64,000 nucleotides of DNA from Pontiella sp. (GTDB lineage Bacteria; Verrucomicrobiota; Kiritimatiellia; Kiritimatiellales; Pontiellaceae): assembly GCA_050290185.1 (NCBI GenBank), contig JBNKHE010000011.1, positions 1-64,000 of the forward strand, written 5' to 3'. Shown piece by piece: positions 53,773 through 64,000 of this stretch. The notes beneath the pieces are model-generated. The model worked only from the letters and a program-made list of their open reading frames with translations. It ran no database searches and had not been told where the DNA came from. The position numbers and the translations under genes were made by a program. Each line of letters begins with the position of its first letter. The stretch's first letter is position 1.

Positions 53773-55956
53773 TTAGTTGCGGTATTGCCATTGTGGGTAG
53801 TTGGATTCCGTTGGCGTGCGCTTTTCGAGTTGCTTTGCCTGTTGCAGGAGGCGGATGAATTCGCGGCGGTAGCCGTAAGGATCCTCGCCAATAGCGCTTT
53901 CTGCCAGTTCCTGAATCTCTTCAAGAGCATAGTGAGTGAGGTGTTCCGACTGGCGGAGATATTGTCCGAACGCGGCAACGGAAGTTGCCCAGCGGAAGGA
54001 TTCATCCATGGATTCGGACGGGGTCGCGGCCTTTAACGGGAAGCTCAACAGTTTACTGACGGAGCCTTCTGGCTCTTTGTAGCGTAACTTCAAGGTCAGC
54101 ATTTCGTCGCTTCCGGTATACTGCTTTTCAGTCGGCTGGACATATTTCAGCGAAACGCCGTCCTGAGTGACCGGGGCATCGGTCAGGACCAGTTCATAGA
54201 GTGCGGTGACCTGATGGCCGGCACCGATCTCGCCGGCATCCTTCCGGTCGTCTGCAAAGTCCTGCGCCGCCATGACGCGGTTTTCGTAGCCAATGAGCCG
54301 GTACGAACGGACGACGGCCGGATTGAATTCGATCTGGATTTTGACGTCCTTGGCGATAGTAACCATGTTGGCGGTCAATTGTTTGACGAGTACCTTGTCG
54401 GCTTCGCGCTCGGAATCGATGTAGAAATAGTTGCCGTTGCCTTTGTCGGCCAGCAATTCCATTTTGGAGTCCTTCAGGTTGCCGGTGCCGAAGCCCAGGA
54501 CGCTGAGGAATACACCGGTCTGGCGCTTTTGCTCAATCAGCTTTTGCAGACCTTCGAGGTTGGATGTTCCCACGTTAAAGTCGCCGTCGGTGGCCAGGAT
54601 CACGCGGTTGATGCCGCCCTTGATGTAGTGGTCGGCCGCCACGCGATAGGCCAGCTCGATCCCGGCACCGCCGGCGGTGGAGCCGCCTGCCGAAAGCCGC
54701 TCCATTGCGCGGATAATCGTTTCCTTGTCGGAGGCCGGGGTGGAGTCCAGTACAAGGCCGGAGGAGCCGGCATAAACCACGATTGCCACGCGGTCCTGTG
54801 CGCCCAGCGTATTGACCATCATGGTGAACCCTTTCTTGAGCAACGGCAGCTTGTCCGGGCTGTTCATGGAGCCGGAGACATCCAGCAGGAATACCAGATT
54901 GGACGGTTTGGCGGATTCTTCATTCAGCCTGCGTCCCTGCAGTCCGACACGCAGCAGCTTATGGTCCCGGTTCCACGGACAGGAGTGCAGGGCCATGGCT
55001 GTCGAGAAGGGGGTGGCGCCGGTGGGCGCGGCATAGTTGTATTCAAAATAATTGATCATCTCCTCAATACGCACGGCATCCGTCGGGGGCAGCTGGCCGT
55101 TGTTCAGGAATCGGCGCACATTGGCATACGACGCTGTGTCGACATCAATCGAAAAGGTGGAGAGCGGTTTGCCTGTCGTATTGATCCATCCGTTTTCTGC
55201 AACTGTCGCATAGGCTTCCGCCCTGATATCGGATGGTGCGGGGATTTTTGCACTACGCCCGTATGCATCATAGGAGTCGTTTGCGCCGAATTCGTCCATG
55301 GCATAAAGCCACATGAAGCCAACCTCGGATTTAGTCGGGGTTGAGGCTACAGTTGGGGCTGCACGAGTTGAATTGTCCATATCTGCGAGTGCATCGTTGA
55401 TTCCTTCATCTACTAGCTCGGATGTTGGCTGAGCGCTTACGATTTGCTTTCTGAGCTTGGGTGCGGAAGATTTATTAATCGGGACCGGTACGGAAGGTTT
55501 CCTTAGTTTTACCTTGGGCCGTTCCGTCACGGGAACAGATGCCGGTTCGGAGGCGTTTTGATCCATCGCTTGCGAGCCTTCCTCGAATTCCGATACGGCA
55601 CCGCCGATTTTCTGGCTGATCGAGCTTTTCATCACGGATCCGATGCCGAGGACCACGGCCAGCACGGCGGCGGTGCGGAGCAGTATCCTGTTCCAGCGAA
55701 CGGGCCGGATGATTTTTGGCGAGTCCTTTTCCTTGATGCGCTTGAGCACGGCTTCGGCAATCGGGCTGGTGGCGCTTGCTTGTTGCTGGATTCTCAGCAG
55801 CTGTTCCATCTGTAGCTGTTTGCAGAACTGATCCAGTTTGTCCGAGTCGTTCTGAAGGATGTGCAAAAGCTGTCGGGCGGCTTCGGGTTGAATGGTGTCG
55901 TTCAGGTATTGCTCGACCCATTCCATGAATTGTTCGTTCGAGACATTATTTTTCAT
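53773..55956 (-). CDS. Putative anti-sigma factor with extracytoplasmic YfbK-type vWA domain
   Basis: N-term EQFMEWVEQYLNDTI...; one TM; PLSTFSIDVDTASY, VRIEEMINYF, MIDAS DVSGSM, ATDGDFNVG, KDAGEIGAGH. Overlaps the sigma gene stop. Confidence 0.88.
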   Translation of the reverse strand: MKNNVSNEQFMEWVEQYLNDTIQPEAARQLLHILQNDSDKLDQFCKQLQMEQLLRIQQQASATSPIAEAVLKRIKEKDSPKIIRPVRWNRILLRTAAVLAVVLGIGSVMKSSISQKIGGAVSEFEEGSQAMDQNASEPASVPVTERPKVKLRKPSVPVPINKSSAPKLRKQIVSAQPTSELVDEGINDALADMDNSTRAAPTVASTPTKSEVGFMWLYAMDEFGANDSYDAYGRSAKIPAPSDIRAEAYATVAENGWINTTGKPLSTFSIDVDTASYANVRRFLNNGQLPPTDAVRIEEMINYFEYNYAAPTGATPFSTAMALHSCPWNRDHKLLRVGLQGRRLNEESAKPSNLVFLLDVSGSMNSPDKLPLLKKGFTMMVNTLGAQDRVAIVVYAGSSGLVLDSTPASDKETIIRAMERLSAGGSTAGGAGIELAYRVAADHYIKGGINRVILATDGDFNVGTSNLEGLQKLIEQKRQTGVFLSVLGFGTGNLKDSKMELLADKGNGNYFYIDSEREADKVLVKQLTANMVTIAKDVKIQIEFNPAVVRSYRLIGYENRVMAAQDFADDRKDAGEIGAGHQVTALYELVLTDAPVTQDGVSLKYVQPTEKQYTGSDEMLTLKLRYKEPEGSVSKLLSFPLKAATPSESMDESFRWATSVAAFGQYLRQSEHLTHYALEEIQELAESAIGEDPYGYRREFIRLLQQAKQLEKRTPTESNYPQWQYRN

Positions 55957-56539
55957 CAGACTGCTCCTTGATTTTGTTCTCAATGCAGGTGCGGAGCGCG
56001 CTGCGGACGCGATGCAGCGTGCTCGTTACCCAGGTTTTGGTGCGTCCTGTTTTCTCTGAGATTTGTTGGATGGATAGGGATTGCTTGTAGCGGTCGTTTA
56101 TCAGTGTCTGGTTGTTGTCGCTTAAGCTTTTTGTACAGGCACTCAAATGGGTCAGCAGATCCTCGTTCGGGGAGGCGGTATCCGGCGTTGCAGCAAGGTG
56201 CTGGATGGCGATTGCGGTTAGCTGTTGTTTGTAGTCGTCGTGCTTGGTTTTTCGGCGGGTATAGGTCTTTACGCGGGAGAGGATCATGAAGCGGCAGATG
56301 GAGCGTAGCCAGGTTCCAAAATCCGCATCCGGCCTAAAGGTGGACAGTTGTTCGAAGGCGCGGACAAAGGTGTCCTGAACCGCTTCGGCGGCTTCATCGA
56401 AATAGGGAAGGCGATAGAGGGCAAAGGCGAGCAACATCGGTTCATGTAGTTTTACCAGTTCGGCAAAGGCCTGATGGTCGCCCTCCAGTGATGCCTGAAT
56501 GTGTTCCTTCTCTTGCCCTATATTGGTCAGTGTCTGCAT
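55946..56539 (-). CDS. ECF sigma-70 factor
   Basis: AFAELVKLH, AEAVQDTFVRA, FGTWLRSI, region 4 LHRVRSALRTCIE. GGAG RBS before ATG 56539. Confidence 0.93.
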   Translation of the reverse strand: MQTLTNIGQEKEHIQASLEGDHQAFAELVKLHEPMLLAFALYRLPYFDEAAEAVQDTFVRAFEQLSTFRPDADFGTWLRSICRFMILSRVKTYTRRKTKHDDYKQQLTAIAIQHLAATPDTASPNEDLLTHLSACTKSLSDNNQTLINDRYKQSLSIQQISEKTGRTKTWVTSTLHRVRSALRTCIENKIKEQSDEK

Positions 56540-56825
56540 AAGATCTCCATCCATTCACCCAATATAGGCCATCTACAAAGATGCATCACAAAAAAATGTG
56601 CATGGGTTCCGGGTTGGACGAAATGCCATTGAACGACACGCGCGAAAATATTCCGTACCTCAGGGAGGGGGCGGCCTTTCGATGCCGGAAGGATACGGGA
56701 TTTTCCGTGGTATATCGCGTTATTCCCGCTTTCTTTTGGTAATAAAAAACATAATATTGCCTAGTTGCATTACGTGCGAAAACTGATAGGTTTGCGCGCT
56801 TTTACAGAAATTAAGGAGAGCAAAC

Positions 56826-57680
56826 ATGATCGAAAAAGGCAGTACATATGTCGTGATGGGCCTGCTCAACACCGACTCGATCGCCTATGCCGCCGGCAAG
56901 ATGATCACTGAATTGGGTGGCAATGTCATCTACACCGTGCAAAGCGAACGTATGAAGCGCATCTTCTTCGATCGCAGTCCCGACCTGACCGACGAGGAAA
57001 AGGCCGCGATGCGGTTTGAATACTGCGATGTAACGGTCGAGAACGAAGTTCGCAACCTGTTCGCAAAAACGGGGCCGATCAACGGTGTGCTGCATTCCAT
57101 CGGCTTTGCCAATCCAAAGACCTGTCTGGGGCCCAGCATGTATACCCCGGCATACGAAGACATCAAGCAAGCCTTTCACATCAGCTGCGCCTCGCTGGCG
57201 ACCGTATCGCATTTCGCCCTCGAACAGATGGAAAAGGGCGGTTCGATCGTAACGCTTTCCTTCGAGTCGCAGGTGGCCTTCCCGTACTACAACTGGATGG
57301 GGGTCAATAAAGCGGCTCTTGAAGCGCTGGTGCGCGCCCTTGCCCGCGAATACGGTCGTGAGCACGTTCGCGTAAACGCCATTTCCGCCGGCCCACTGGC
57401 CACCAAAGCCGCCAAATCGATCCCGCACTTCGCGCATCTGGCCAAAACCTGGCGTCAGATGAGCCCGCTGCCCTGGGATGTGGTGAACGATAAGAAGGAA
57501 GTCGCTAACGCCGTGGTCTTTATGCTCGGCATGTATTCCAAGAAGATTACCGGCCAGACCATCTATGTGGATGGCGGCGCAAACAATGTCGGCGGGGCTC
57601 TGCTTCCAAGCGAAAAGCCGCTGATGCGCACCCCGGCCAAGGTAGCGGCCAAGAAGAAGGCTGCTGCCAAGAAGCAATAA
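56826..57680 (+). CDS. fabI: Enoyl-ACP reductase
   Basis: SIAY, HSIGFA, YNWMGVNKAALE, VRVNAISAGPLAT, ITGQTIYVDGG. Confidence 0.93.
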   Translation: MIEKGSTYVVMGLLNTDSIAYAAGKMITELGGNVIYTVQSERMKRIFFDRSPDLTDEEKAAMRFEYCDVTVENEVRNLFAKTGPINGVLHSIGFANPKTCLGPSMYTPAYEDIKQAFHISCASLATVSHFALEQMEKGGSIVTLSFESQVAFPYYNWMGVNKAALEALVRALAREYGREHVRVNAISAGPLATKAAKSIPHFAHLAKTWRQMSPLPWDVVNDKKEVANAVVFMLGMYSKKITGQTIYVDGGANNVGGALLPSEKPLMRTPAKVAAKKKAAAKKQ

Positions 57681-57685
57681 GAAGA

Positions 57686-57741
57686 GTGACTGGTGATTCG
57701 TGAGGCGTGACGTTGTGTCACGGCTCACGTTTCATGTATCA
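57686..57741. repeat. Heptamer inverted-repeat element (GTGA-N3)x4 / (TCA-N4)x4
   Basis: GTGACTG GTGATTC GTGAGGC GTGA-CGTTGTG-TCACGGC TCACGTT TCATGTA TCA between fabI and ychF. Confidence 0.75.
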
Positions 57742-57752
57742 GGGGATCATCC

Positions 57753-58853
57753 ATGGGATTGAGTGTAGGTATTGTCGGACTTCCGAACGTCGGGAAATCC
57801 ACCATCTTCAACGCGTTGACGCGGGAGCAGAATGCCGAGGCGGCAAATTATCCGTTCTGCACGATCGAGCCGAACAAGGCCGTCGTGCCCGTGCCGGATA
57901 AGCGCCTCGACAAACTGGCGGAAATTGCCGGATCGCAGAGGATACTCCATGCCACGGTGGACTTCGTCGATATTGCCGGACTTGTAAAAGGCGCCAGTCA
58001 GGGCGAAGGGCTGGGAAACAAGTTTTTGACCAATATCCGCGAAACCGATGCGATTCTTCAGGTGGTCCGCTGTTTCGATAACGACAATGTCGTGCACGTC
58101 GATGGCTCTATCAATCCCGTTCGTGACGTTGAAATTATCGAAGCCGAGCTGATTATTGCCGACTTCCAGATGATGGAAAATCGTCTGGGTCGCGTGCAGA
58201 AGGCGGCGCGCGCCGATAAGGCCATTGCCGCAACGCTTCCGGTTTTTGAAAAATTGCTAGCCCACCTTGGTGAAGGAAAAATGGCCCATGATTTTGCGGA
58301 ACGGGAATCGGAATCCGGAAAAAAAATCTTCAAGGAAATGCAGTTCCTCACCGACAAGAAGGTGATCTATTGCTGCAACGTCGATGAAGATGGGCTCCTC
58401 GAGGACAACGACTATGTTGCGGGCGTCAAGGCCTATGCCGCGGAGCGTGGGGCTGAAGTGGTGAAAATATGCGCCAAGATGGAAGAGGATCTCAATGGCA
58501 TGACCGACGAGGAACGCAGCGAATTCCTGCATGAATTCGGGGTGGAGGAAAGCGGCCTGGACCAGATCATCCACACCGGTTACCGAACGCTCGGCCTCAT
58601 CAGCTATTTAACCCAGGGGCCGAAGGAAACGCGTGCATGGACCATTCATCGCGGTGACACGGCACCCAGGGCCGCTGGCGTCATCCATACCGATTTCGAG
58701 CGCGGCTTCATACGTGCGCAGGTGATGGCCTATGACGACTACGTCGCCAAGGGCGGCGAGGCGGCCTGCCGCGAAGCGGGGTTGCTGCGGACCGAGGGCA
58801 AGGAATATGTCGTCAAGGACGGCGACGTCATTGAATTCCTGTTCAACGTCTGA
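57753..58853 (+). CDS. ychF: Redox-regulated ATPase YchF
   Basis: GIVGLPNVGKST, ANYPFCTIEPN, DIAGLVKGAS, IHTDFERGFI, EGKEYVVKDGD. Confidence 0.98.
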   Translation: MGLSVGIVGLPNVGKSTIFNALTREQNAEAANYPFCTIEPNKAVVPVPDKRLDKLAEIAGSQRILHATVDFVDIAGLVKGASQGEGLGNKFLTNIRETDAILQVVRCFDNDNVVHVDGSINPVRDVEIIEAELIIADFQMMENRLGRVQKAARADKAIAATLPVFEKLLAHLGEGKMAHDFAERESESGKKIFKEMQFLTDKKVIYCCNVDEDGLLEDNDYVAGVKAYAAERGAEVVKICAKMEEDLNGMTDEERSEFLHEFGVEESGLDQIIHTGYRTLGLISYLTQGPKETRAWTIHRGDTAPRAAGVIHTDFERGFIRAQVMAYDDYVAKGGEAACREAGLLRTEGKEYVVKDGDVIEFLFNV

Positions 58854-59164
58854 TTCCCGGATTGTCTTTGTCCAGCAAGCGCTGATCCCCCTTTTGCCAA
58901 TAAGAAACGGCGCATGGAAAGGGGGATCCATGCGCCGCCCTACATACTCCCGCAACGGAAGTATGATTTGTTTGCTGTCTCTACATCTTTTGACCGTTTT
59001 CTTGAAATAGGTTCAAATATATCCGGCTTAAAGCTGGGCGGGGCGGCATATGCAGCCTGCGCGTGCCGGGAGGGGAAACCCGCCGGAAAACCGAACGAAT
59101 TGTTTGTACGAGGCTGGCGCTTTGGGTAATCTCCCTCTCTGTTTTCCATAGAAAGGATAATGAT

Positions 59165-59773
59165 ATGAAAAGCTTTTTTGCGTTGATCTCGATGGCGATC
59201 CTGCTGATGGCTGGAAGTGTACAGGCGTCGGATGAAATTGTCTTTATCGATCTGCAGGAGGTTTTCAAGCAATTCTATAAAACCCAGCTGGCGCAGGACA
59301 GGATCCGGCAGCAGGCTGACGACATCAAAATGGAACGCGACGCGATGGAATCCGAGGTTGAGGCGATAAAGGCCGAGATCGAGGTCCTTCGTGCTGATTC
59401 CCGCGATGAAACGTTCAGTGAGGAGGTCCGCGCAAACAAACGGGACCTGCTCGAGGAAAAGCTGGTTGCTCTTCAAAAGAAGGAGCAGGAGATGGCGGAT
59501 TTCGAGAAGCTGCGCAGGGAACAGATCGAGGCGCAAAACCAGCGTCTGACCAGGAAACTATTCGACGAGATACATGATGTTGTCGTCAATTATTCGAAGA
59601 TGAAAGGCTATGCCGCGGTCATTGACCGGTCCGCCCAGAGCCGTATGGGTTCCGACACGGTACTTTTTGCCAGTGCGAAGTTCGATATTTCGGCCGAGGT
59701 GATCGAGGTGCTGAATCAGGGGCGCGTGACTGGCGATGCCGACGAAGAAGCTGCCGTGAATGTTGAGGAGTAA
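59165..59773 (+). CDS. skp: OmpH/Skp periplasmic chaperone
   Basis: Signal peptide; IVFIDLQEVF; coiled coil; VLFASAKFDISAEVI; precedes lpxD. Confidence 0.88.
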   Translation: MKSFFALISMAILLMAGSVQASDEIVFIDLQEVFKQFYKTQLAQDRIRQQADDIKMERDAMESEVEAIKAEIEVLRADSRDETFSEEVRANKRDLLEEKLVALQKKEQEMADFEKLRREQIEAQNQRLTRKLFDEIHDVVVNYSKMKGYAAVIDRSAQSRMGSDTVLFASAKFDISAEVIEVLNQGRVTGDADEEAAVNVEE

Positions 59774-59774
59774 G

Positions 59775-60809
59775 ATGAAACTGTCAGAGCTTGCCGAACG
59801 TCTGGGCGGAGTCCTGGAAGGTGATGAATCCATTGAAATTACGGCGGTTGCCGGTCTGAAGGAGGCTGGGAAAGGCGACCTCAGTTTTCTTGCGAACCCT
59901 AAGTATGCTGCTCAGGTTTCCGCTACGGCGGCTTCGGCGGTCATCGTCCCGAACGAGTGGGACAGGCCTGCAAAATGTGCGCTGATTCGAGTTGAAAATT
60001 CGGACGAGTCTTTCGCGATTGCCGCCGAGCTCTTTTATGAGCAGGTTCCTGCTCCGATGCCGGGGGTTCACCCGACCGCTTGCGTGGCCGCATCGGTCCA
60101 GCTAGGAGATGGGGTGTCAATCGGAGCTCATTGCACGATTGAAGAAGGCGTGGTTATCGGTGCCCATACCGTGATCCAACCCAACTGCGTCATTGGCTAC
60201 AAAACGACAATCGGTGAAAACTGCCTGCTATATTCGCTGGTCTCCACACGTGAGTTTACCGAAATCGGTGATCGCGTAATCATTCACAACGGCGCGGTTG
60301 TTGGTTCCGATGGGTTTGGTTATGCTGTCCAGAAGGATGGGTCGCGCACCAAAATTCCCCAGATCGGAAAAGTGGTGATCGAAGATGATGTGGAGATCGG
60401 AGCCAATGTGGCCATTGACCGGGCCCGGTTTGGCAAGACCAAAATCGGTAAGGGAACCAAGATCGATAACCTGGTTCAAATTGCGCACAATGTCGTGATC
60501 GGCGAGCATTCCGTCATGTGCGGGCAGGTGGGTATTTCCGGAAGCTCCACCATCGGCTCCCGCGTAATTCTTGCTGGGCAGGCTGGTTTGGCCGGACATC
60601 TGGAGGTTGGTGACGGTGCGATCGTCGGTGCACAGGCCGGAGTCATGAAGGATGTTGAGCCGAAGGCTTTTGTTATTGGCTCGCCCGCCATGCCGCATTT
60701 ACAGTTCAAAAAGATGATTGCGAATACGATTTTGCTGCCGAAGCTCAAGGATAAGATCAGGCAGGTTGAAGAACGCGTTGATACTCTTTCGAGTGATGAA
60801 AAAAAGTAG
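59775..60809 (+). CDS. lpxD: UDP-3-O-acylglucosamine N-acyltransferase
   Basis: LSFLANPKY, hexapeptide repeats, GSDGFGY, IDNLVQIAHNV. Confidence 0.98.
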   Translation: MKLSELAERLGGVLEGDESIEITAVAGLKEAGKGDLSFLANPKYAAQVSATAASAVIVPNEWDRPAKCALIRVENSDESFAIAAELFYEQVPAPMPGVHPTACVAASVQLGDGVSIGAHCTIEEGVVIGAHTVIQPNCVIGYKTTIGENCLLYSLVSTREFTEIGDRVIIHNGAVVGSDGFGYAVQKDGSRTKIPQIGKVVIEDDVEIGANVAIDRARFGKTKIGKGTKIDNLVQIAHNVVIGEHSVMCGQVGISGSSTIGSRVILAGQAGLAGHLEVGDGAIVGAQAGVMKDVEPKAFVIGSPAMPHLQFKKMIANTILLPKLKDKIRQVEERVDTLSSDEKK

Positions 60810-60945
60810 GAGCTTGCACAACTATTCCATAAATGTATCGTCATGCGCAGCATGGTTACATAAATGTGTTTTGCTGTGGGTTTTTATGTGAGGGTTGTAT
60901 AGTGTAACTTTTTGAATACGATGGGGATATATCGTGTTTGGTTGG

Positions 60946-60962
60946 TTGGTATGGAACGTGCG
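60946..60962 (+). promoter_or_regulatory. sigma54-type promoter of glnA
   Basis: TTGGTATGGAACGTGCG (GG-N10-GC), ~130 nt upstream of glnA, a classic sigma54 target. Confidence 0.6.
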
Positions 60963-61090
60963 TATCGCCAATCGACTTCTAAGAACTCATCGTTTTCTAA
61001 TTCCGGTGTTCGAGGTAGACAGCCGGATTTGTTTGAGTAGGGTGCATTGCCGCCGGATTCCGGAGGCAATTTAATTATTAAGGAGATAAC

Positions 61091-63127
61091 ATGAAGAATA
61101 CCATTGAAGGATTTGGCGAACTCGTATTTGGCCTTCCGGTCATGGAGACCCGTCTGTCGGCTCCGACTTTCGCCGCGTTGAAAAAAACCATTGAAACGGG
61201 CTCTGAGCTCGACGCAAGCATTGCCGACGAAGTGGCCGAAGCGATGAAGGAATGGGCCATGGAAAAAGGGGCCACGCATTACACCCACTGGTTCCAGCCG
61301 CTCACCGGCTCCACGGCTGAAAAACACGACTCCTTCATCTTTCCGGATTTCAAGGGTGGGGTCATCACCGCCTTTGGCGGAGAGGAACTCATTCAAGGTG
61401 AGCCCGACGCATCTTCCTTCCCGTCCGGCGGTCTGCGCGCCACCTTCGAAGCCCGCGGTTACACCGGGTGGGATCCGACCAGTCCGGCATTCATCAAATA
61501 CGATTCCGTCAACGCGGCCACGCTTTGCATTCCGACTGTTTTCTGCGGCTATAATGGTGAAGCACTCGACAAAAAGACTCCGCTCTTGCGTTCCATGAAG
61601 GTCCTCTCCGAGCAAACCGTTCGTCTTGGCAAGCTCTTCGGCATTGACTGCGGTGACACCATGGCGAAGGCCACGCTCGGATCCGAGCAGGAATACTTCC
61701 TGATTGATCTCGATCTCTATGAAGCCCGCCCCGACCTGCAACGTACCGGACGTACCCTGTTCGGCAAGGGCGCCAGCAAGCATCAGCAGCTTGACGACCA
61801 CTACTTCGGGGCCATCAAACCGCGCGTAGCCGCATTCATGGCCGAGCTTGATGCCGTGCTCTGGCAGTACGGTGTTCCCGCCAAGACCCGCCACAACGAA
61901 GTGTGCCCGGCGCAGTTCGAAATCGCTCCGGTTTTTGAAACCCTCAACATTTCCGTCGATCACAACATGATCACCATGGAAGTACTGCAGGCTACTGCAG
62001 AAAAGCATGGATTTGCCTGCCTGCTGCATGAAAAGCCGTTTGCTGCCGTTAACGGTTCCGGTAAGCACAACAACTGGTCGATCATGGGGCCGGACGGAAA
62101 GAACTGGCTGAAGCCTGGTGATACACCGCATGCAAATGCCAAGTTCATGACCATCGTTGTGGCCTTGTTAAAGGCGGTTGACACCCATGCCGACCTGCTC
62201 CGTGCATCGGTTGCCACCGCAGGTAACGACCATCGTCTCGGTGCCAATGAGGCCCCCCCGGCGGTGGTATCCGTCTTCCTCGGCGACCAGCTCACCGATA
62301 TCATTGAGCAGATCGAAGCCGGTGGAGCAAAGAGCTCGAAGGAAGGCGGTCACATCCACCTCGGCGTTGATCTTCTTCCTAAGCTCCCGCGCGGCAATAC
62401 CGACCGCAACCGGACTTCGCCGTTCGCGTTCGTCGGCAACCGTTTCGAGTTCCGCGCGGTTGGATCCAACCAGAGCCCGGCCGGTGCAAACATCGTGCTC
62501 AACACCATCGTTGCCGAAGCGTTCGACTACATCTGCACCGAAATTGAAACTGCAGTTGAAGGCGGCAAGGAATTCAATGCGGCCCTGCAGGACGTTCTCG
62601 CGGCTGTCATCAAGGAGCACAAGCGCATTCTGTACAATGGCGACGGCTATACCGATGCATGGATTGAAGAAGCCACGAAAGAGCGCGGCCTGCCGAACCT
62701 CGTTACCACCGAAGATTCGCTACCGGTACTTCAGACGCAGAAAGCCAAGGATCTCTTCGCTAAGTATGGCGTTCTCTCGAACGAAGAGCTGGAGTCCCGC
62801 TTCAACATCTACGAAGAGACCTATGAAACCATCATCGGTATCGAAGCAGCTACTGCATTGGATATTGCCAAAACGATGCTGGTTCCGGCTGCAGTCACGG
62901 CGATCAACGAATACTCCTCCGTTCCGGCGGTTGCGGGTATCCACGCGGAAATGTCCAGCTTGCTGGAAGCTTCGGTCGCAGGCATTGCCAAGCTAGAAGC
63001 CGCTGGAAAGCCGGCGGATCAGATTGCAGCCATGAACGAGCTCCGGGCATCCATCGATGCTCTGGAAGCCATCGTTCCGGCGGATCTGTGGCCGCTTCCG
63101 AGCTACTCCGAGCTGCTGTTGGTCTAA
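61091..63127 (+). CDS. glnA: Glutamine synthetase type III
   Basis: [68 protein letters not shown]. Confidence 0.97.
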   Translation: MKNTIEGFGELVFGLPVMETRLSAPTFAALKKTIETGSELDASIADEVAEAMKEWAMEKGATHYTHWFQPLTGSTAEKHDSFIFPDFKGGVITAFGGEELIQGEPDASSFPSGGLRATFEARGYTGWDPTSPAFIKYDSVNAATLCIPTVFCGYNGEALDKKTPLLRSMKVLSEQTVRLGKLFGIDCGDTMAKATLGSEQEYFLIDLDLYEARPDLQRTGRTLFGKGASKHQQLDDHYFGAIKPRVAAFMAELDAVLWQYGVPAKTRHNEVCPAQFEIAPVFETLNISVDHNMITMEVLQATAEKHGFACLLHEKPFAAVNGSGKHNNWSIMGPDGKNWLKPGDTPHANAKFMTIVVALLKAVDTHADLLRASVATAGNDHRLGANEAPPAVVSVFLGDQLTDIIEQIEAGGAKSSKEGGHIHLGVDLLPKLPRGNTDRNRTSPFAFVGNRFEFRAVGSNQSPAGANIVLNTIVAEAFDYICTEIETAVEGGKEFNAALQDVLAAVIKEHKRILYNGDGYTDAWIEEATKERGLPNLVTTEDSLPVLQTQKAKDLFAKYGVLSNEELESRFNIYEETYETIIGIEAATALDIAKTMLVPAAVTAINEYSSVPAVAGIHAEMSSLLEASVAGIAKLEAAGKPADQIAAMNELRASIDALEAIVPADLWPLPSYSELLLV

Positions 63128-63147
63128 CCGACCCGCACGGATCACTG

Positions 63148-63180
63148 AAAAGACCTCGCATTATGCGGGGTCTTTTTTTT
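63148..63180 (+). terminator. Intrinsic terminator after glnA
   Basis: AAAAGACCTCGCA-TTA-TGCGGGGTCTTTTTTTT. Confidence 0.88.
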
Positions 63181-63254
63181 CGCACGGGAGTTCTTACGCG
63201 TTGACTCAAAATATATGACGCCAAAGGGTCACACTGTGCTACTGTCATAAGCCT

Positions 63255-64000
63255 ATGAAACGAATCGGAATCACAATAGGGGATGTCAACGGGATCGGAC
63301 CGGAGGTGGCGTTTAAGGCCGTCGCTGAAGGCAACTGGCCCGACGATATGGAATTTATGCTGTATGGTCCCGTTACGGCGATGAAGCAACAGATTCGGGA
63401 GCTGGAGTTTTCGCTGCCCGAGTCGGTCCATCTGCGCGATGTTGGAGTCGATGTGGCATGGACGCCCGGCAAGATCACGGTCGATGCTTCGCGTGCGGCA
63501 CAGGTGGCCATCCAGCGAGTGGTCGAGGCATGCCTTTCAGGAGATCTCGACGCCATGGTTACCGCGCCGATCTGCAAGGAAGGATTCCATAAGGCGGGAA
63601 TCAACGTACCCGGGCACACTGAATATCTGGCCGAGCTCACCGGAACCAGCAATTTTGGTATGATGCTCATAGGCGGTGGTCTGCGCGTTATGTTGGTGAC
63701 ACGCCATGTTCCCCTTTCAGAAGTGCCTGCCGCCTTGACGTGCAAAAATATTGGCGAAGCGATCGAGCTGACCGGGCAGGCGTTGGAGCTCTTTGGCTTA
63801 ACGAATGGAAAGATCGGCGTCTGTGGCCTCAATCCGCATGCAGGTGATGGCGGCGTCATCGGTCGGGAGGAGATCGAACTGATTAACCCGGCTGTTCAGA
63901 CGGTGCGAAAAAAGGGATTCAATGTTTCCGATGCCGTGGCGGCCGATACGATCTTTTATCAGGCGCTGAATGGGCAGTATGATGCCGTAGTTGCCATGTA
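63255..64000 (+). CDS. pdxA: 4-hydroxythreonine-4-phosphate dehydrogenase, runs off the window end
   Basis: Hand translation MKRIGITIGDVNGIGPEV...VTAPICK...PGHTEYLA...LVTRHVPL...GLNPHAG...YDAVVAM. Confidence 0.95.
   Translation, partial: MKRIGITIGDVNGIGPEVAFKAVAEGNWPDDMEFMLYGPVTAMKQQIRELEFSLPESVHLRDVGVDVAWTPGKITVDASRAAQVAIQRVVEACLSGDLDAMVTAPICKEGFHKAGINVPGHTEYLAELTGTSNFGMMLIGGGLRVMLVTRHVPLSEVPAALTCKNIGEAIELTGQALELFGLTNGKIGVCGLNPHAGDGGVIGREEIELINPAVQTVRKKGFNVSDAVAADTIFYQALNGQYDAVVAM

Overview
A bacterial chromosome segment. Housekeeping genes run at about 60% GC. Several secreted SHD1-like proteins and the style of the ECF anti-sigma factor suggest a PVC-superphylum organism, possibly Kiritimatiellota/Pontiella-like (inference only). 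The window opens with the 3' part of a 23S rRNA, a 5S rRNA and a terminator. Most of the rest is housekeeping: rdgB, purB, accBC-asp23-amaP, thpR, a macro-domain gene, parB, an M48 protease, a flippase, LOG, lemA, padR, two dus genes, uvrA, pdxB, tRNA-Leu(TAG), thiE, bioB, TPP riboswitch-thiC, an ECF sigma/anti-sigma pair, fabI, ychF, skp, lpxD, type III glnA and pdxA. The accessory region is about 7-24 kb and holds four notable things. (i) A low-GC operon: C5-DNA methyltransferase, MORC-type GHKL ATPase fused to an HEF-motif histidine kinase, and a large receiver-like protein. It is bracketed by vsr and an HNH nuclease. (ii) A cytoplasmic XRE-HTH/thermonuclease fusion with two palindromic operator-like boxes. 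(iii) Separate 5' and 3' remnants of vsr, plus period-7 and period-9 repeat elements that bracket the island and suggest repeat-associated cassette turnover with no integrase in view. (iv) Two paralogous ~70-aa genes, each with a near-identical sigma54-type promoter. No CRISPR array, integrase or transposase was found. All family assignments come from reading motifs by eye; no database search was run.
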